A DNA stretch of 64,000 nucleotides from Candidatus Collierbacteria bacterium GW2011_GWB2_45_17 (GCA_001001485.1 LCKO01000001.1:76517-140516); one strand, 5' to 3'. Numbered from the stretch's first letter, positions 17,462 to 26,546 are shown. Numbers and translations are program-made. The notes: generated by a model not told the origin, from the letters alone.

Positions 17462-18883
17462 ATGGCCGATACGCACGTCAGAACCAGAAATGCTCCTTCT
17501 CCTACCGGAATTCCTCATGTAGGGAATACCCGTACGGCGCTTTACGACTATCTTCTTGCCAAAAAATATGGTGGAGAATTTATTTTACGTATCGAAGATA
17601 CCGATCAAGATCGTTTTGTTGAAGGCTCTATCGAAAAGATTTATGAGATCCACGATTTTTTAGGACTAGTTCGAGATGAAGATCCCGTTGTGGGTGGTCC
17701 GTACGGTCCATATATCCAAACCCAGCGCCTAGAACTCTATCAGCAATATGCTCAGCTTCTCATCGATTCCGGCACCGCTTATTACTGCTTTTGTTCCGAA
17801 GACCGCCTCAAATCGCTTCATGAAAAAAATCAATTCGCTAAATACGACCGTCATTGCCGTCATTTACCTCAAGAAGAAGTTAAAAAACAGTTGGGCTCCG
17901 GTACTCCTTACGTTATCCGGGCCAAAATGCCGGAAACTGGATTTACTACGTGGCACGATCTTGTTCAGGGCAAGTTAAGTTTGCCCAATACTGAGTGTGA
18001 TGACAAAGTCCTAATGAAGACCAATGGCATTCCCACCTATCATCTGGCCGTGGTCGTTGATGATCATCTAATGAAAATTAGTCATGTCCTCCGTGGTGTG
18101 GAATGGATGGCCTCTACCCCCATTCACCTGTTTTTATATGAGGCTCTAGGTTGGGAACCCCCAATCTTTGCTCACGTTCCCTTACTCTTAGGTCCGGATA
18201 AGACCAAGTTATCCAAGCGACATGGTGCCAAGTCAGTTTTAGAATACGCTGAAGATGGTTATCTCCCAGAAGCCATCAATAACTTCCTTTTCTATCTCGG
18301 TTTTTCTTACAAAGACAACTCTGATCTGCTGACTCTAGGGGAGATGGTCGAAATCTTCGACGAAAAGAAGATCCAAAGACAAAATGCCATCTTTGATATT
18401 CAGCGCCTTAACTATCTAAATAGCCAATGGATAAAAAAATTACCCGAAATCGATCTCTTTGATAGATTAAAGTCCTTTATTCCCGCTGATTGGCCCAAAG
18501 AAAAAGTTCTGGAAATTATATCTCTAGTCAAAGACCGTTTGTTCACTCTAAAAGAATTTTCTCCGGCAGTAGATTATTTCTTTAATCTCCCCGAGGTCAA
18601 TTTACAGTCGGTTCTGGAACAATCCGGTCACTCCGAACCGGAAACCAAAGCCTGGTTCGCTATCGCCTCCAACACCATCAGTAGTCTTACTGATTTTACT
18701 TCCGCCAATCTTCACGACGAACTAGCCAAAGCTCAGCAAGCGTCTGGCTTTTCACCCAGGGAAGCTTTTATGTCTCTCCGGGTCGCCATTTCCGGCCGTT
18801 TGGTAACACCACCACTTTTCGACTGTTTGGTAATTTTGGGTAAAGAAGAAACCCTCAGACGGCTTTCCGCTGTTTTTGCATAA
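17462..18883 (+). CDS. gltX: Glutamyl-tRNA synthetase
   Basis: HIGH-type motif 'PSPTGIPHVGNTRTALY' and KMSKS-type motif 'KLSKRHG'. Confidence 0.9.
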   Translation: MADTHVRTRNAPSPTGIPHVGNTRTALYDYLLAKKYGGEFILRIEDTDQDRFVEGSIEKIYEIHDFLGLVRDEDPVVGGPYGPYIQTQRLELYQQYAQLLIDSGTAYYCFCSEDRLKSLHEKNQFAKYDRHCRHLPQEEVKKQLGSGTPYVIRAKMPETGFTTWHDLVQGKLSLPNTECDDKVLMKTNGIPTYHLAVVVDDHLMKISHVLRGVEWMASTPIHLFLYEALGWEPPIFAHVPLLLGPDKTKLSKRHGAKSVLEYAEDGYLPEAINNFLFYLGFSYKDNSDLLTLGEMVEIFDEKKIQRQNAIFDIQRLNYLNSQWIKKLPEIDLFDRLKSFIPADWPKEKVLEIISLVKDRLFTLKEFSPAVDYFFNLPEVNLQSVLEQSGHSEPETKAWFAIASNTISSLTDFTSANLHDELAKAQQASGFSPREAFMSLRVAISGRLVTPPLFDCLVILGKEETLRRLSAVFA

Positions 18884-18885
18884 AT

Positions 18886-19761
18886 ATGGCCATCAGCAAT
18901 CTGTCAAGATCGATTCAAAGACTGGAAAAAAGATCCGGAATTCTTCGAAATCGTCTCCTGTTTCACAAAGCCGCCAAAAAATTCTTCTCCAAATCTTCAC
19001 TTATTGCCTACGATCTTCGTCAAAGATCCAGTCATCTTCTGGCCGGTGCCGGACTGATCGGCGCTTTAATTACTATGCCGGCACCTTCCGGTCTTGTCCG
19101 GCCCGCCACTTCCACTCACTCCTCACAGCCTTTGGAAAACGAATTAACGGTCAGACAGAAACTAATGTCTTCTCTCCAAGAAATTCTTCCTCACCAACCA
19201 ACTTGGTTAACGCCGGAAACCGCCCAAAAAATTGAGCAAATTATCTACGAAAATACCAATATCTCTACCAAAGCGGTTTTGGAGGATCAAACCCTAAAGC
19301 ATCAACTGGGCTATATCGGTTTCGAGCAACACCTCAGTCGTTTCCCCGGAGACTCTTTGGCCGAACACGACGACGTCCAGGAAGCCGGTCTGGCTCCCGG
19401 CCGTGGCGCTTTTGGTTACTTTGCCAAAGACAGAGGTGTATTTACCACCAGAGAATTTATGAGGGAAAAATACTACTGTGTGGTACAGACTCTTTATCTG
19501 GATAACTGGAACCAAGACCACCGCTTCTTAAAAGATTGGTATGCTTTTAGAAAAATGATCGTTATCAATCCGGTCAATGGCCTGGCTGTAGTCTGTGATA
19601 TTGGCGATGCCGGCCCGGCAGACTGGACTGGCAAACAGTTCGGTGGCTCTCCCGAAATCATGCAAATTCTTGATTTAAACAAGGGTCCGCGCAAAGGCCT
19701 GGTTTTGATGCTTTTCGTCGACGACCCAGACAATACAATTCCCCTAGGACCCATAAACTAA
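18886..19761 (+). CDS. Hypothetical protein
   Basis: ORF only, 2 nt after the gltX stop; hydrophobic segment 'LLAGAGLIGALITMPAP'. Confidence 0.5.
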   Translation: MAISNLSRSIQRLEKRSGILRNRLLFHKAAKKFFSKSSLIAYDLRQRSSHLLAGAGLIGALITMPAPSGLVRPATSTHSSQPLENELTVRQKLMSSLQEILPHQPTWLTPETAQKIEQIIYENTNISTKAVLEDQTLKHQLGYIGFEQHLSRFPGDSLAEHDDVQEAGLAPGRGAFGYFAKDRGVFTTREFMREKYYCVVQTLYLDNWNQDHRFLKDWYAFRKMIVINPVNGLAVVCDIGDAGPADWTGKQFGGSPEIMQILDLNKGPRKGLVLMLFVDDPDNTIPLGPIN

Positions 19762-19797
19762 CAACCAATAACTAACAACCAATAACTCCCAACACCC

Positions 19798-20118
19798 ATG
19801 GCCATCCTCTTCTACGATCATCTCATCATCAAATCAGAAATTGAAGAAGCTATCAGCGCTTCCCCCGAAGCCGAAAATCAAAAAGGCAAGGCTCTTCAGC
19901 TTATCGATGACATCATCTTTCAAGGCATTGTCAGTTTTCTTCTCGAAAAATTAGAGCCACATCATCACCGCACCTTTCTTACCCATGTCCACGAAAGACC
20001 ATACGATCCGGAAATTATTGCTTATCTTAGAGATCACGTCGGTCCCAACATCGAAGAAGACCTCCGTGCCGAGGCGGACAAGTTGATCAAAATGATACTA
20101 CAAGATTTGCAGAAATAG
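19798..20118 (+). CDS. Hypothetical protein
   Basis: ORF only. Confidence 0.4.
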   Translation: MAILFYDHLIIKSEIEEAISASPEAENQKGKALQLIDDIIFQGIVSFLLEKLEPHHHRTFLTHVHERPYDPEIIAYLRDHVGPNIEEDLRAEADKLIKMILQDLQK

Positions 20119-20134
20119 TGTTATTCTAATATCT

Positions 20135-20662
20135 ATGAACGAAGAAAAATGTCCAAAATGTAGCTCTCCGCTTGGAGAAATAGTCGAAACCGCCACCGGC
20201 CGGAAACTTCAGCGTTGTTCTACGGGTAGCTGGAATCGAGAAACCAAAACTTCAGACGGTTGTGATTATGTTAAGTGGCTGGAGGTACAGCCTCAACAGC
20301 TGGATGAAAAATGTCCCAAGTGTAGTTCTCCTTTGGTTCTTCAGGTCACTCGTTTTGGTAAAAAAATGAAAAAATGCAGCACTAATATCTGGAACAAAGA
20401 AACCAAAACTTCAGAAGGTTGCGACTACGTCGAATGGATAAACGGCACCACCGAGAAACTGGATGAAAAATGTCCTCAATGCAGTGAACCTTTGGTATTA
20501 TTTACCACGGCCAATGGCAAGAGACTAAAAAAGTGTTCTACCTCCGGCTGGGATAGAGATGCCAAAAGAGCCACTGGTTGCGACTATGTTCAGTGGCTTA
20601 AAGGCAATTTCAATCCTCCCGCCAACGGCGAGGAGTTTCTCCCACCGGAAGACATTTTCTAA
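20135..20662 (+). CDS. Protein made of three tandem zinc-ribbon modules (topoisomerase C4 zinc-finger-like)
   Basis: Three repeats of 'EKCPKCSSPL...KKCST..WN.ETKTS.GCDYV.W'. The DNA period is 159 bp (GAAAAATGTCC at 20147, 20306 and 20465). Confidence 0.6.
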   Translation: MNEEKCPKCSSPLGEIVETATGRKLQRCSTGSWNRETKTSDGCDYVKWLEVQPQQLDEKCPKCSSPLVLQVTRFGKKMKKCSTNIWNKETKTSEGCDYVEWINGTTEKLDEKCPQCSEPLVLFTTANGKRLKKCSTSGWDRDAKRATGCDYVQWLKGNFNPPANGEEFLPPEDIF

Positions 20663-21111
20663 TGAAGAAAAATATCCATTCAACTCTCGACACCATCTCT
20701 CGAAAGATGACCTACTATATTGGCACCAGTGCCTCTATCGTTATTCACACTCTGCTTTTTATCGGAATCTTTGCTCTGAAATTGTTTAAAGTTCCCACCG
20801 AAGAGATTCTCCTTGTCCTTACCACTGCCGTCTCTCTTGAAGCCATTTATTTAGCCATTTTTATCCAAATGACCGTCAATCGAACCACTCTGAGTCTTGC
20901 CGGAGTTGAGGAGGATATCGATGACATTCAGGAAGATGTGGATGATATTCAAGAAGATGTCGATAGTCTGGAAACCAACATCAAAGAGATTTCTGAGGAT
21001 TATATCGATGATTCAGGGGAGATCAGCATGGTCAATGTTCTGAAAGACATGGAGCTTCGACTCAAGGATCTCCAAAAAGACATCTCCGTCTTGAAAAAAA
21101 GAGAAACATAA
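20662..21111 (+). CDS. Membrane protein (DUF1003 / low-affinity iron permease-like) with acidic coiled-coil tail
   Basis: Two TM helices with 'SLEAIYLAIFIQMTVNR'. The start overlaps the upstream stop (TAATGA). The family assignment is tentative. Confidence 0.45.
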   Translation: MKKNIHSTLDTISRKMTYYIGTSASIVIHTLLFIGIFALKLFKVPTEEILLVLTTAVSLEAIYLAIFIQMTVNRTTLSLAGVEEDIDDIQEDVDDIQEDVDSLETNIKEISEDYIDDSGEISMVNVLKDMELRLKDLQKDISVLKKRET

Positions 21112-21115
21112 CGTT

Positions 21116-21367
21116 CTATTCTTCCTTTATCAAGGCCTCCTTTTTTGTTTTCGTCAGTTTTTTCAACTCCATCTCTCTTTTTATCGCTTCGGTTCTGGTT
21201 GGGAATTTTTCCGAATACACGAGTCTTACACTGTCAAAGTATCGAATATATTTTGCTCCCTTTCCAGATTTATCCCGATGTTCCTTGAGCCTTCGTTCCA
21301 GATTATTAGTCTGTCCGATATACAAAGTATCCGAAGATGTTCGCAGGATATAAACAAAAAAGGTCAT
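21116..21367 (-). CDS. GIY-YIG nuclease family protein
   Basis: 'FFVYILRTSSDTLYIGQTNNLERRLKEH'. Confidence 0.8.
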   Translation of the reverse strand: MTFFVYILRTSSDTLYIGQTNNLERRLKEHRDKSGKGAKYIRYFDSVRLVYSEKFPTRTEAIKREMELKKLTKTKKEALIKEE

Positions 21368-21370
21368 ACT

Positions 21371-22045
21371 CTAAAACGATTTCACCATCACCTCGGAAAA
21401 GAAAGACTCAACGATAAATTTTTTCATTTCTCTATTCAGTTTACCAGGAATCTCCGGCAGTAAATATTCCTCCGCAATGTGCCTATTTAATACCCAAGCC
21501 GAAATAGTTCCATCATCGTGATAATTCTCTGGGTGTATCAGTTTCCGGTACCCCTCTTTGAAGTCATACCCCAAATGAGGATCTTCAGCATCATCCACTC
21601 CGTTTAATAGCTTTACTCCTCGGTCTTTTAGCAAACGATTATGTTTTAATACAAATTCATTATTTATTTTTTTATAACCCACGTCGTAAAGGTAATAGTT
21701 TGTTTCTAGGGGATCTTCGTGAAATGATACAAACAGCTCAAAATCCTTATCCTTAATTGTCTCAATATTTATCTGTACTTCCGGGTCATCCGAGTCGGAG
21801 AAAAATTCTCTGTTCATATCGCTCCCGGCATTATTTTTCCTCGTCTTATTCTCCACCGCCGAAGGAGAAACACAGGGAACGAAAACAAAAGCTGGTAGGA
21901 TTTTTTCATATTTGATCAGTGCCTCCGTTACAAAGTCAGTCACTTCGTACTCATCTCCGTGAGTTCCAGAGTGAATTAGTAACTTTGGATTTTCTCCGGA
22001 AACAAAATAATGAAACTTTGAATTTTTCGTCTCTACCTTACGCAT
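21371..22045 (-). CDS. M14-like zinc carboxypeptidase / succinylglutamate desuccinylase-aspartoacylase family protein
   Basis: 'LLIHSGTHGDEYE' (HxxE zinc ligands) and 'FVSFHED'. Confidence 0.55.
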   Translation of the reverse strand: MRKVETKNSKFHYFVSGENPKLLIHSGTHGDEYEVTDFVTEALIKYEKILPAFVFVPCVSPSAVENKTRKNNAGSDMNREFFSDSDDPEVQINIETIKDKDFELFVSFHEDPLETNYYLYDVGYKKINNEFVLKHNRLLKDRGVKLLNGVDDAEDPHLGYDFKEGYRKLIHPENYHDDGTISAWVLNRHIAEEYLLPEIPGKLNREMKKFIVESFFSEVMVKSF

Positions 22046-22049
22046 ACCG

Positions 22050-22481
22050 CTAGTATTTAACCTTATACTTTTTGGTCACACTTTGGCCACTAGTCGTCTG
22101 ATAAGTAATTGTAAGCCGCACATTGCTAATGTTTTTATGAGCAGTACATACTCTATAGGAACATGTTCCCAAAAAAAGCGATTTTGATACACTATTTTCA
22201 CTAGCTTCTACCCGCCCGCCGGCTCCCTGGTCGATGCCATTACTGTTGTAAATCAATTCGTAATTTACTCCCTTGGTGTTTCCCAATCCCTTAAAACTGA
22301 CGTTCAAATACTGTTTCCATCCAGTCAGCTTTGCGGATACAGAGAACTGACTACTCCGAACGGTCGAGGTTGCCATGGTTTTGCTCCAAACTCGCTTTTT
22401 GGCTGCCAAGGCTGGAGTTGCCATCGAAAATAACAAAGCAGTGGCCAAAGCCAAAATCAAGAGGTAATTCCTTTTTTTCAT
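22050..22481 (-). CDS. Hypothetical secreted protein
   Basis: Signal peptide 'LLILALATALLFSMATPALA'; ORF only. Confidence 0.5.
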   Translation of the reverse strand: MKKRNYLLILALATALLFSMATPALAAKKRVWSKTMATSTVRSSQFSVSAKLTGWKQYLNVSFKGLGNTKGVNYELIYNSNGIDQGAGGRVEASENSVSKSLFLGTCSYRVCTAHKNISNVRLTITYQTTSGQSVTKKYKVKY

Positions 22482-22507
22482 CTTAGTCCATTATAATAAA
22501 GTTTAAT

Positions 22508-23074
22508 ATGTTTTCAAAACGAATTTTCATCACTGTAGCCTTCCTTCTTTTAATTGGTGGTTTGGCAACCTTCATTTATTCAAAAAACAAACCAACTTCG
22601 AAAAAAATCACGGAAGTACCATCAATTTCCCCAACACCGTCACCCGTTACCTTATTAACTTGGACCGATGAAGCTGGTTTTTCCTTTCAGTATCCCGAAG
22701 GCACCGTTATCGACAAACACCCGGAAGACATCAAAAATTATGCTAATCTAACCCTCACACTTCCATCACGGGAGACGGTCAACGTTTTAGTATCAGACAA
22801 TCAGTACAAAAATTTAGATGCCTGGGTGGGTCAAAATTCTGCCTTCGACACAACCTTAGATGGCCGACCGGCTAAAAAAATTCTCGAGAATGACTTGGAA
22901 ACAATCGCTTGTATCGATAATGAGGTGATTGTCAAAATTACTGGCAAGGATATATCTGAAATCGTTAAATCTTGGACTTTTATCTACCCAACACCAACCG
23001 CACCCAAAAATTCTACTAAGACCACTGCACCAACTTCTCCCTCCTCAGACGAAGACGTTTTGATAGAAGAATAA
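22508..23074 (+). CDS. Hypothetical membrane-anchored protein
   Basis: N-terminal TM helix and a Pro/Thr/Ser-rich linker; ORF only. Confidence 0.5.
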   Translation: MFSKRIFITVAFLLLIGGLATFIYSKNKPTSKKITEVPSISPTPSPVTLLTWTDEAGFSFQYPEGTVIDKHPEDIKNYANLTLTLPSRETVNVLVSDNQYKNLDAWVGQNSAFDTTLDGRPAKKILENDLETIACIDNEVIVKITGKDISEIVKSWTFIYPTPTAPKNSTKTTAPTSPSSDEDVLIEE

Positions 23075-23077
23075 GGA

Positions 23078-23165
23078 TTGTATCCCGACCTGCTCCGATT
23101 CGAGTCCTCGGGACTCTTATCGAGAGTCTCGGGACGGTCGGGATGATTTGCCTTCGGCAAAGCGG
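23078..23165 (+). repeat. R3 hairpin repeat (ATTGTATCCCGAC...GTCGGGATGATTTGCC)
   Basis: Shares its termini with 27567-27614 and carries nested hairpins (GAGTCC-TCG-GGACTC; TTGCC-TTCG-GGCAA). Confidence 0.7.
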
Positions 23166-23194
23166 TACATGGTTTTGCAAAATACAAGTATATT

Positions 23195-23647
23195 TTACGA
23201 ATTGATTAAAACCTGTTCCTCTAGCAACAAACGTAGTGACATAGTTATTTCTGGGTCATTATTGTGAATTAAGTTAGACTTTTCGTCACTGAGTTTTAAT
23301 ATACCCTCCTGACTTGTACTGTTTGATTCTTCATTGTCAATTGTGTTAAATTGGGTCTCAACTGCATAATAATAGTTAGGTCTACCTTGGTATAACTTTA
23401 ATCTTCTGTAGCATTGAGGTGGCCCCTCCTGAGTATCACTTACTAATATCGGTTTCGTTTTTAGATCTACTCCAAAAGCCTTAGCAACCGAACCCTTGTT
23501 AATTACGCGATCTTCACCCAAACGTCGTGTCCAAAGAATAGAGCCTTGATTTTCAACAAGTTTTATCGACTTCAGTCTGAATATCTCCTTTTTTATGGCT
23601 AGTGGGATTTCCGTGTCTAAAAGAGATAAAAGCGTCTCACTATACAT
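23195..23647 (-). CDS. Hypothetical protein
   Basis: AT-rich ORF between the R3 repeat and the first att-like remnant. Confidence 0.45.
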   Translation of the reverse strand: MYSETLLSLLDTEIPLAIKKEIFRLKSIKLVENQGSILWTRRLGEDRVINKGSVAKAFGVDLKTKPILVSDTQEGPPQCYRRLKLYQGRPNYYYAVETQFNTIDNEESNSTSQEGILKLSDEKSNLIHNNDPEITMSLRLLLEEQVLINS

Positions 23648-23667
23648 ATAGGAAATTATACATTGTG

Positions 23668-23745
23668 CCTCCGCGCGGGCGACCTCCCCAAAAACGGGCA
23701 GAGATTCCCAGAGTGTTGTCTGTTATAACGATATTCGAACTTGGT
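23668..23745 (+). repeat. att-like remnant A (decayed copy of the tRNA-Gln 3' flank and 3' end)
   Basis: CCTCCGCGCGGGCGACCTCCCCAAAAACGGGCAGAGATTCCCAGAGTGTTGTCTGTTATAACGATATTCGAACTTGG aligns by eye with 27361-27432 and 31905-31975. It aligns more loosely with 37060-37125, which contains the real tRNA T-arm (TTCGAA core). Confidence 0.65.
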
Positions 23746-23786
23746 TCCAACATTATAGCCATAAATAATATTGATATACTTCAGGT

Positions 23787-24413
23787 ATGAAACCATATTC
23801 CGACATGACCAAAAACAACACGGTACTGCTTGTAATCGACCCGGTAAATTCCTGTGCCCACGAAAAATGCGAAACCCCAGAAATAAATATTTATTTTTCC
23901 AAAATTAGAGCCATGCTTCCCAAACTAGCAAATTTTATTAAAGAATATAAGAAAAAGACAAACGGTTTAGTTATCTATACCACCATTACTCCTTGGAACA
24001 AAGAACACCTTGCTGAAAATCTAAACGAGCTTTATACCGATCCTCGAGCCCGTTACTACTCAGATGACACCACCGGGTTTGATGAAGAATTTCACACTGT
24101 AAATCCATCTCCGGAGGACTTGGTTTTTGATAAAAACACTTATGACGTTTTTACTAATGAAAAATTACTTCAAGAACTAAAGGATAGAAAAATTCACTAT
24201 ATCATTGTCACGGGGATATTTTCAGATGGCTGTGTCCTTTCTTCTGTCATAAGCGGATTTTCCAAAGGTTTCAATTTTGTCATTCTCAAGGATCTTATCG
24301 AGACAACGGATGACGAAAAGAGACAAAGACTCCAAGAGTTGTTAGTCAGTTTTACTTTCCCAAGATTGTATGGCAAAACCATCACCTCCAGTGAGTTATT
24401 GGAAATCTTGTAA
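23787..24413 (+). CDS. Isochorismatase-family cysteine hydrolase
   Basis: 'VLLVIDPVNSC' and 'IIVTGIFSDGCVLSSV' (catalytic Cys context). Confidence 0.75.
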   Translation: MKPYSDMTKNNTVLLVIDPVNSCAHEKCETPEINIYFSKIRAMLPKLANFIKEYKKKTNGLVIYTTITPWNKEHLAENLNELYTDPRARYYSDDTTGFDEEFHTVNPSPEDLVFDKNTYDVFTNEKLLQELKDRKIHYIIVTGIFSDGCVLSSVISGFSKGFNFVILKDLIETTDDEKRQRLQELLVSFTFPRLYGKTITSSELLEIL

Positions 24414-24422
24414 AGATTCTTT

Positions 24423-24719
24423 ATGAACAAAGTTCTTCGACTGTTTTTTATCGCCATAGTGATATTCTCCACATATCATCTGATTCGTGATTTACTCACA
24501 AACTTTGGAATTCATAACTACATTGTAGATTTTGCACATCGTTCTCACTTATGGTGTGGAAAATTTTATCCTTGGGTTTGTCATTGGATAACAGTTCCGT
24601 CAGAAATTTTTACTTTAGTCGTGTCGTTAATAATACTAAGACGAAATAGACCAGGAACACTTGGAGTTTTAGTTTTGATTCAAGTACCACTATGGTTATT
24701 ATTAGTTTTATTGCCTTAG
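24423..24719 (+). CDS. Small 3-TM membrane protein, island paralog 1
   Basis: 98 aa; 'YHLIRDLLTNFGIHNYIVDFAHRSHLWCGKFYPWVCHWITVP'. A near-identical paralog lies at 28848-29144. Confidence 0.6.
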   Translation: MNKVLRLFFIAIVIFSTYHLIRDLLTNFGIHNYIVDFAHRSHLWCGKFYPWVCHWITVPSEIFTLVVSLIILRRNRPGTLGVLVLIQVPLWLLLVLLP

Positions 24720-24721
24720 AT

Positions 24722-25504
24722 CTACTGACTTCCAAATTTTCTCCAGTTTCTATCGGTTCTGGTTCGATGAATCTTTTCGAGTTTACTTTGCTCTTTTTGC
24801 CATTTTAAAAAAGATCCGCGACAACGGACATCTTTTGTATATGCGATCAGCCATTGGGTTAGTGGCCATTCACCAACTGCCCTACATTTTGTAAATTTGA
24901 AAACTACAAAGTCACGATATTTACTCATGTCGTTATTAGAGATTAGTGGTGTTAGTCTCTTAATAATTTGCAAGAAGCATAAATCGACCTCAGGAGTAGG
25001 TGTGAAATCAGTTCTTTTGAAAACGTGACTGATTTTAATTTCAAACCAAGGATAAAAGAGAATTGAAAGCATACTATTCTTTCTCTGATTAACCATGAAT
25101 TTTTCAGCCGCCTCTTTTTGGACAATCAGACTACAAGAATCCGGTGGATTATCAGAAAACAACAGCTTTTTGACAATCTCCCCGGTTATAGAAAATGGAA
25201 TATTCGAAAAGACTTTGTATGGTTCTCTTGGAAGATCAAGGGCTAAAATATCACTACAAACAAGTTCCAAAGCTATATTGTTCCCCAGACGACTAGACAG
25301 ATGGGCAAATAAACCCTTGTCAATTTCGACTGCAATCACCTTCTTGGAAACAGATAGCAAGCCTTCAGTGAGTATGCCACTGCCGGCACCAATTTCCAAA
25401 ACCGTATTTTTCCACGAAATACCAGAGGCGGCAATGAGCCGCTTTACAAGGTCGCGTCCCCTAAGAAAGTTCTGCGATAGTAGTTTCCGCCGTGTTTTGA
25501 ACAT
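24722..25504 (-). CDS. rRNA adenine N6-methyltransferase family protein, Erm-like
   Basis: 'LSQNFL', SAM motif 'LEIGAGSGILT', 'VIAVEID' and 'YKVFSNIPFSITGEIVKKLL'. The C-terminal half runs parallel to ErmC as I remember it ('ISNNDMSKYRDFVVFKFT' versus 'ISHKDKQKYNYFVMKWV'). Confidence 0.7.
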   Translation of the reverse strand: MFKTRRKLLSQNFLRGRDLVKRLIAASGISWKNTVLEIGAGSGILTEGLLSVSKKVIAVEIDKGLFAHLSSRLGNNIALELVCSDILALDLPREPYKVFSNIPFSITGEIVKKLLFSDNPPDSCSLIVQKEAAEKFMVNQRKNSMLSILFYPWFEIKISHVFKRTDFTPTPEVDLCFLQIIKRLTPLISNNDMSKYRDFVVFKFTKCRAVGEWPLTQWLIAYTKDVRCRGSFLKWQKEQSKLEKIHRTRTDRNWRKFGSQ

Positions 25505-25537
25505 GGCAGAGGATTCTGCAAGTAATCATAATAGCCT

Positions 25538-25565
25538 CATTATATCAGAACCTAGTTGGTTGTCA
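25538..25565 (-). promoter_or_regulatory. Putative sigma70-type promoter of the Erm-like gene
   Basis: The minus strand reads TTGACA-16 nt-TATAAT, ending about 33 nt upstream of the ATG at 25504. Confidence 0.5.
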
Positions 25566-25672
25566 ACTGTTATAGGCTGATTAACTTGCCTGTTTTGCAG
25601 GCATACTTATAGTATCCTCACTGAAATATAATTAGCCTATGAATCGATATTTATCAATCATTCTAACATTCA

Positions 25673-25698
25673 ACAAAAAAACCCGCCATTCGGCGGGG
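25673..25698 (-). terminator. Rho-independent terminator downstream of the CBS gene
   Basis: The minus strand reads CCCCGCCGAATGGCGGG followed by TTTTTTT. Confidence 0.75.
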
Positions 25699-25708
25699 TC
25701 ATCTTTAT

Positions 25709-26164
25709 TTATCTGGCACCGAGAATGTAAGACTCAAACTGCTGTGCCACTAATTCCTGGTTTTTTAATAGAGCGTAGAGCACATCCCTTATTGAAACTA
25801 TCCCCACCAGCTTTTTCTTATCAATCACCGGCACGTGCCTGATTTTCTTATCTTTCATTAAGTTCAGACAGTCCATAATGTTGGTGAAAGGAGAAACGTA
25901 GGCCGGGTCAGCCGTCATATACTCGGCCACAAACACTTTTTTTGGATCTACTCTGTCTAGCAATACTTTAAAGGCCAGGTCGCGCTCTGTAATAATCCCG
26001 ACCATCTTCCCTTCATCAAGCACCGGCAAGGCTCCAAAACCTTTATCTCGCAGAATCTTGCCTGCCTCATAGACTGTGAACCGGGGACTGACAGCGAAGA
26101 CCTTTTCCGTATCCAAATGAGATACTTTCAGAACATCTAACACTCTCGACATTAATACCTCCAA
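25709..26164 (-). CDS. CBS domain pair protein
   Basis: Two CBS repeats: 'ALPVLDEGKMVGIITERDL' and 'IRHVPVIDKKKLVGIVSIRDV'. Confidence 0.8.
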   Translation of the reverse strand: MEVLMSRVLDVLKVSHLDTEKVFAVSPRFTVYEAGKILRDKGFGALPVLDEGKMVGIITERDLAFKVLLDRVDPKKVFVAEYMTADPAYVSPFTNIMDCLNLMKDKKIRHVPVIDKKKLVGIVSIRDVLYALLKNQELVAQQFESYILGAR

Positions 26165-26337
26165 TTTTGATAAGGTGCAGAACTCGGTGATTATACAACA
26201 AAGTCCCAGTCCAGGCTCGAGCCCGACCTATTCGTATCATTTTGATACGATTAAGGTATATGAATGATACGAAGAAGTGCGGTACGAAGCCATAAAACCA
26301 TTCGACACAATCCTAAATTATGCGAATAGTCAAAGTT

Positions 26338-26423
26338 GTTTCGCCACCCCCGTCAGCCTCAGGCAGAGTGGCAATCCAGAATCTTGTCATTCCGGTCCGC
26401 CAGTTGGCGGATGACCCGGAATC
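26338..26423 (+). repeat. R4 repeat (GTTTCGCCACCCCCGTCAGCCTC[A/T]GGC[A/T]GAG...CCGGTCCGCC..GGCGGA)
   Basis: The first 32 nt are nearly identical to 27481-27512. Both copies end in a CCGCC-N4-GGCGG hairpin. Confidence 0.7.
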
Positions 26424-26436
26424 TATACAAATTTCC

Positions 26437-26499
26437 ATCTGATATTTATGGATTGAGCCAGCCTTGGCCTAACGGCCAAAGTGCCTGCTTCGCAGGCAC
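26437..26499 (+). repeat. R2 twin-hairpin module, copy 1
   Basis: ATCTGATATTTATGGATTGAGCCAGCCTTGGCCTAACGGCCAAAGTGCCTGCTTCGCAGGCAC. It has two adjacent stem-loops; the second is GTGCCTGC-TTCG-GCAGGCAC. It ends 47 nt upstream of the ATG at 26547. Confidence 0.75.
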
Positions 26500-26546
26500 A
26501 AGAAACACTCTAACTTTATAGTAATCAAGAAGTGTAAAATTCACCT

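Noticed and set aside
19762-19797. Tandem 14-bp direct repeat TAACAACCAATAAC x2 upstream of the ORF at 19798
   Set aside because: There are only two units in an AT-rich spacer, with no further copies seen and no obvious functional reading.
25505-25680. Erm-style leader-peptide translational attenuator upstream of the Erm-like gene
   Set aside because: Only a 5-bp hairpin (GCAGA-ATCC-TCTGC) abuts the ATG. The tiny ORFs in the leader start inside or before the predicted -10 box. No alternative-pairing architecture could be drawn by eye.
26195-26290. Possible tRNA or tRNA fragment (GGCTCGAGCCCGACC..., TCGTATC-ATTTT-GATACGA)
   Set aside because: I could not build an acceptor, T-arm or anticodon-arm cloverleaf. 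The region is better read as simple hairpins in the promoter region of the CBS gene.
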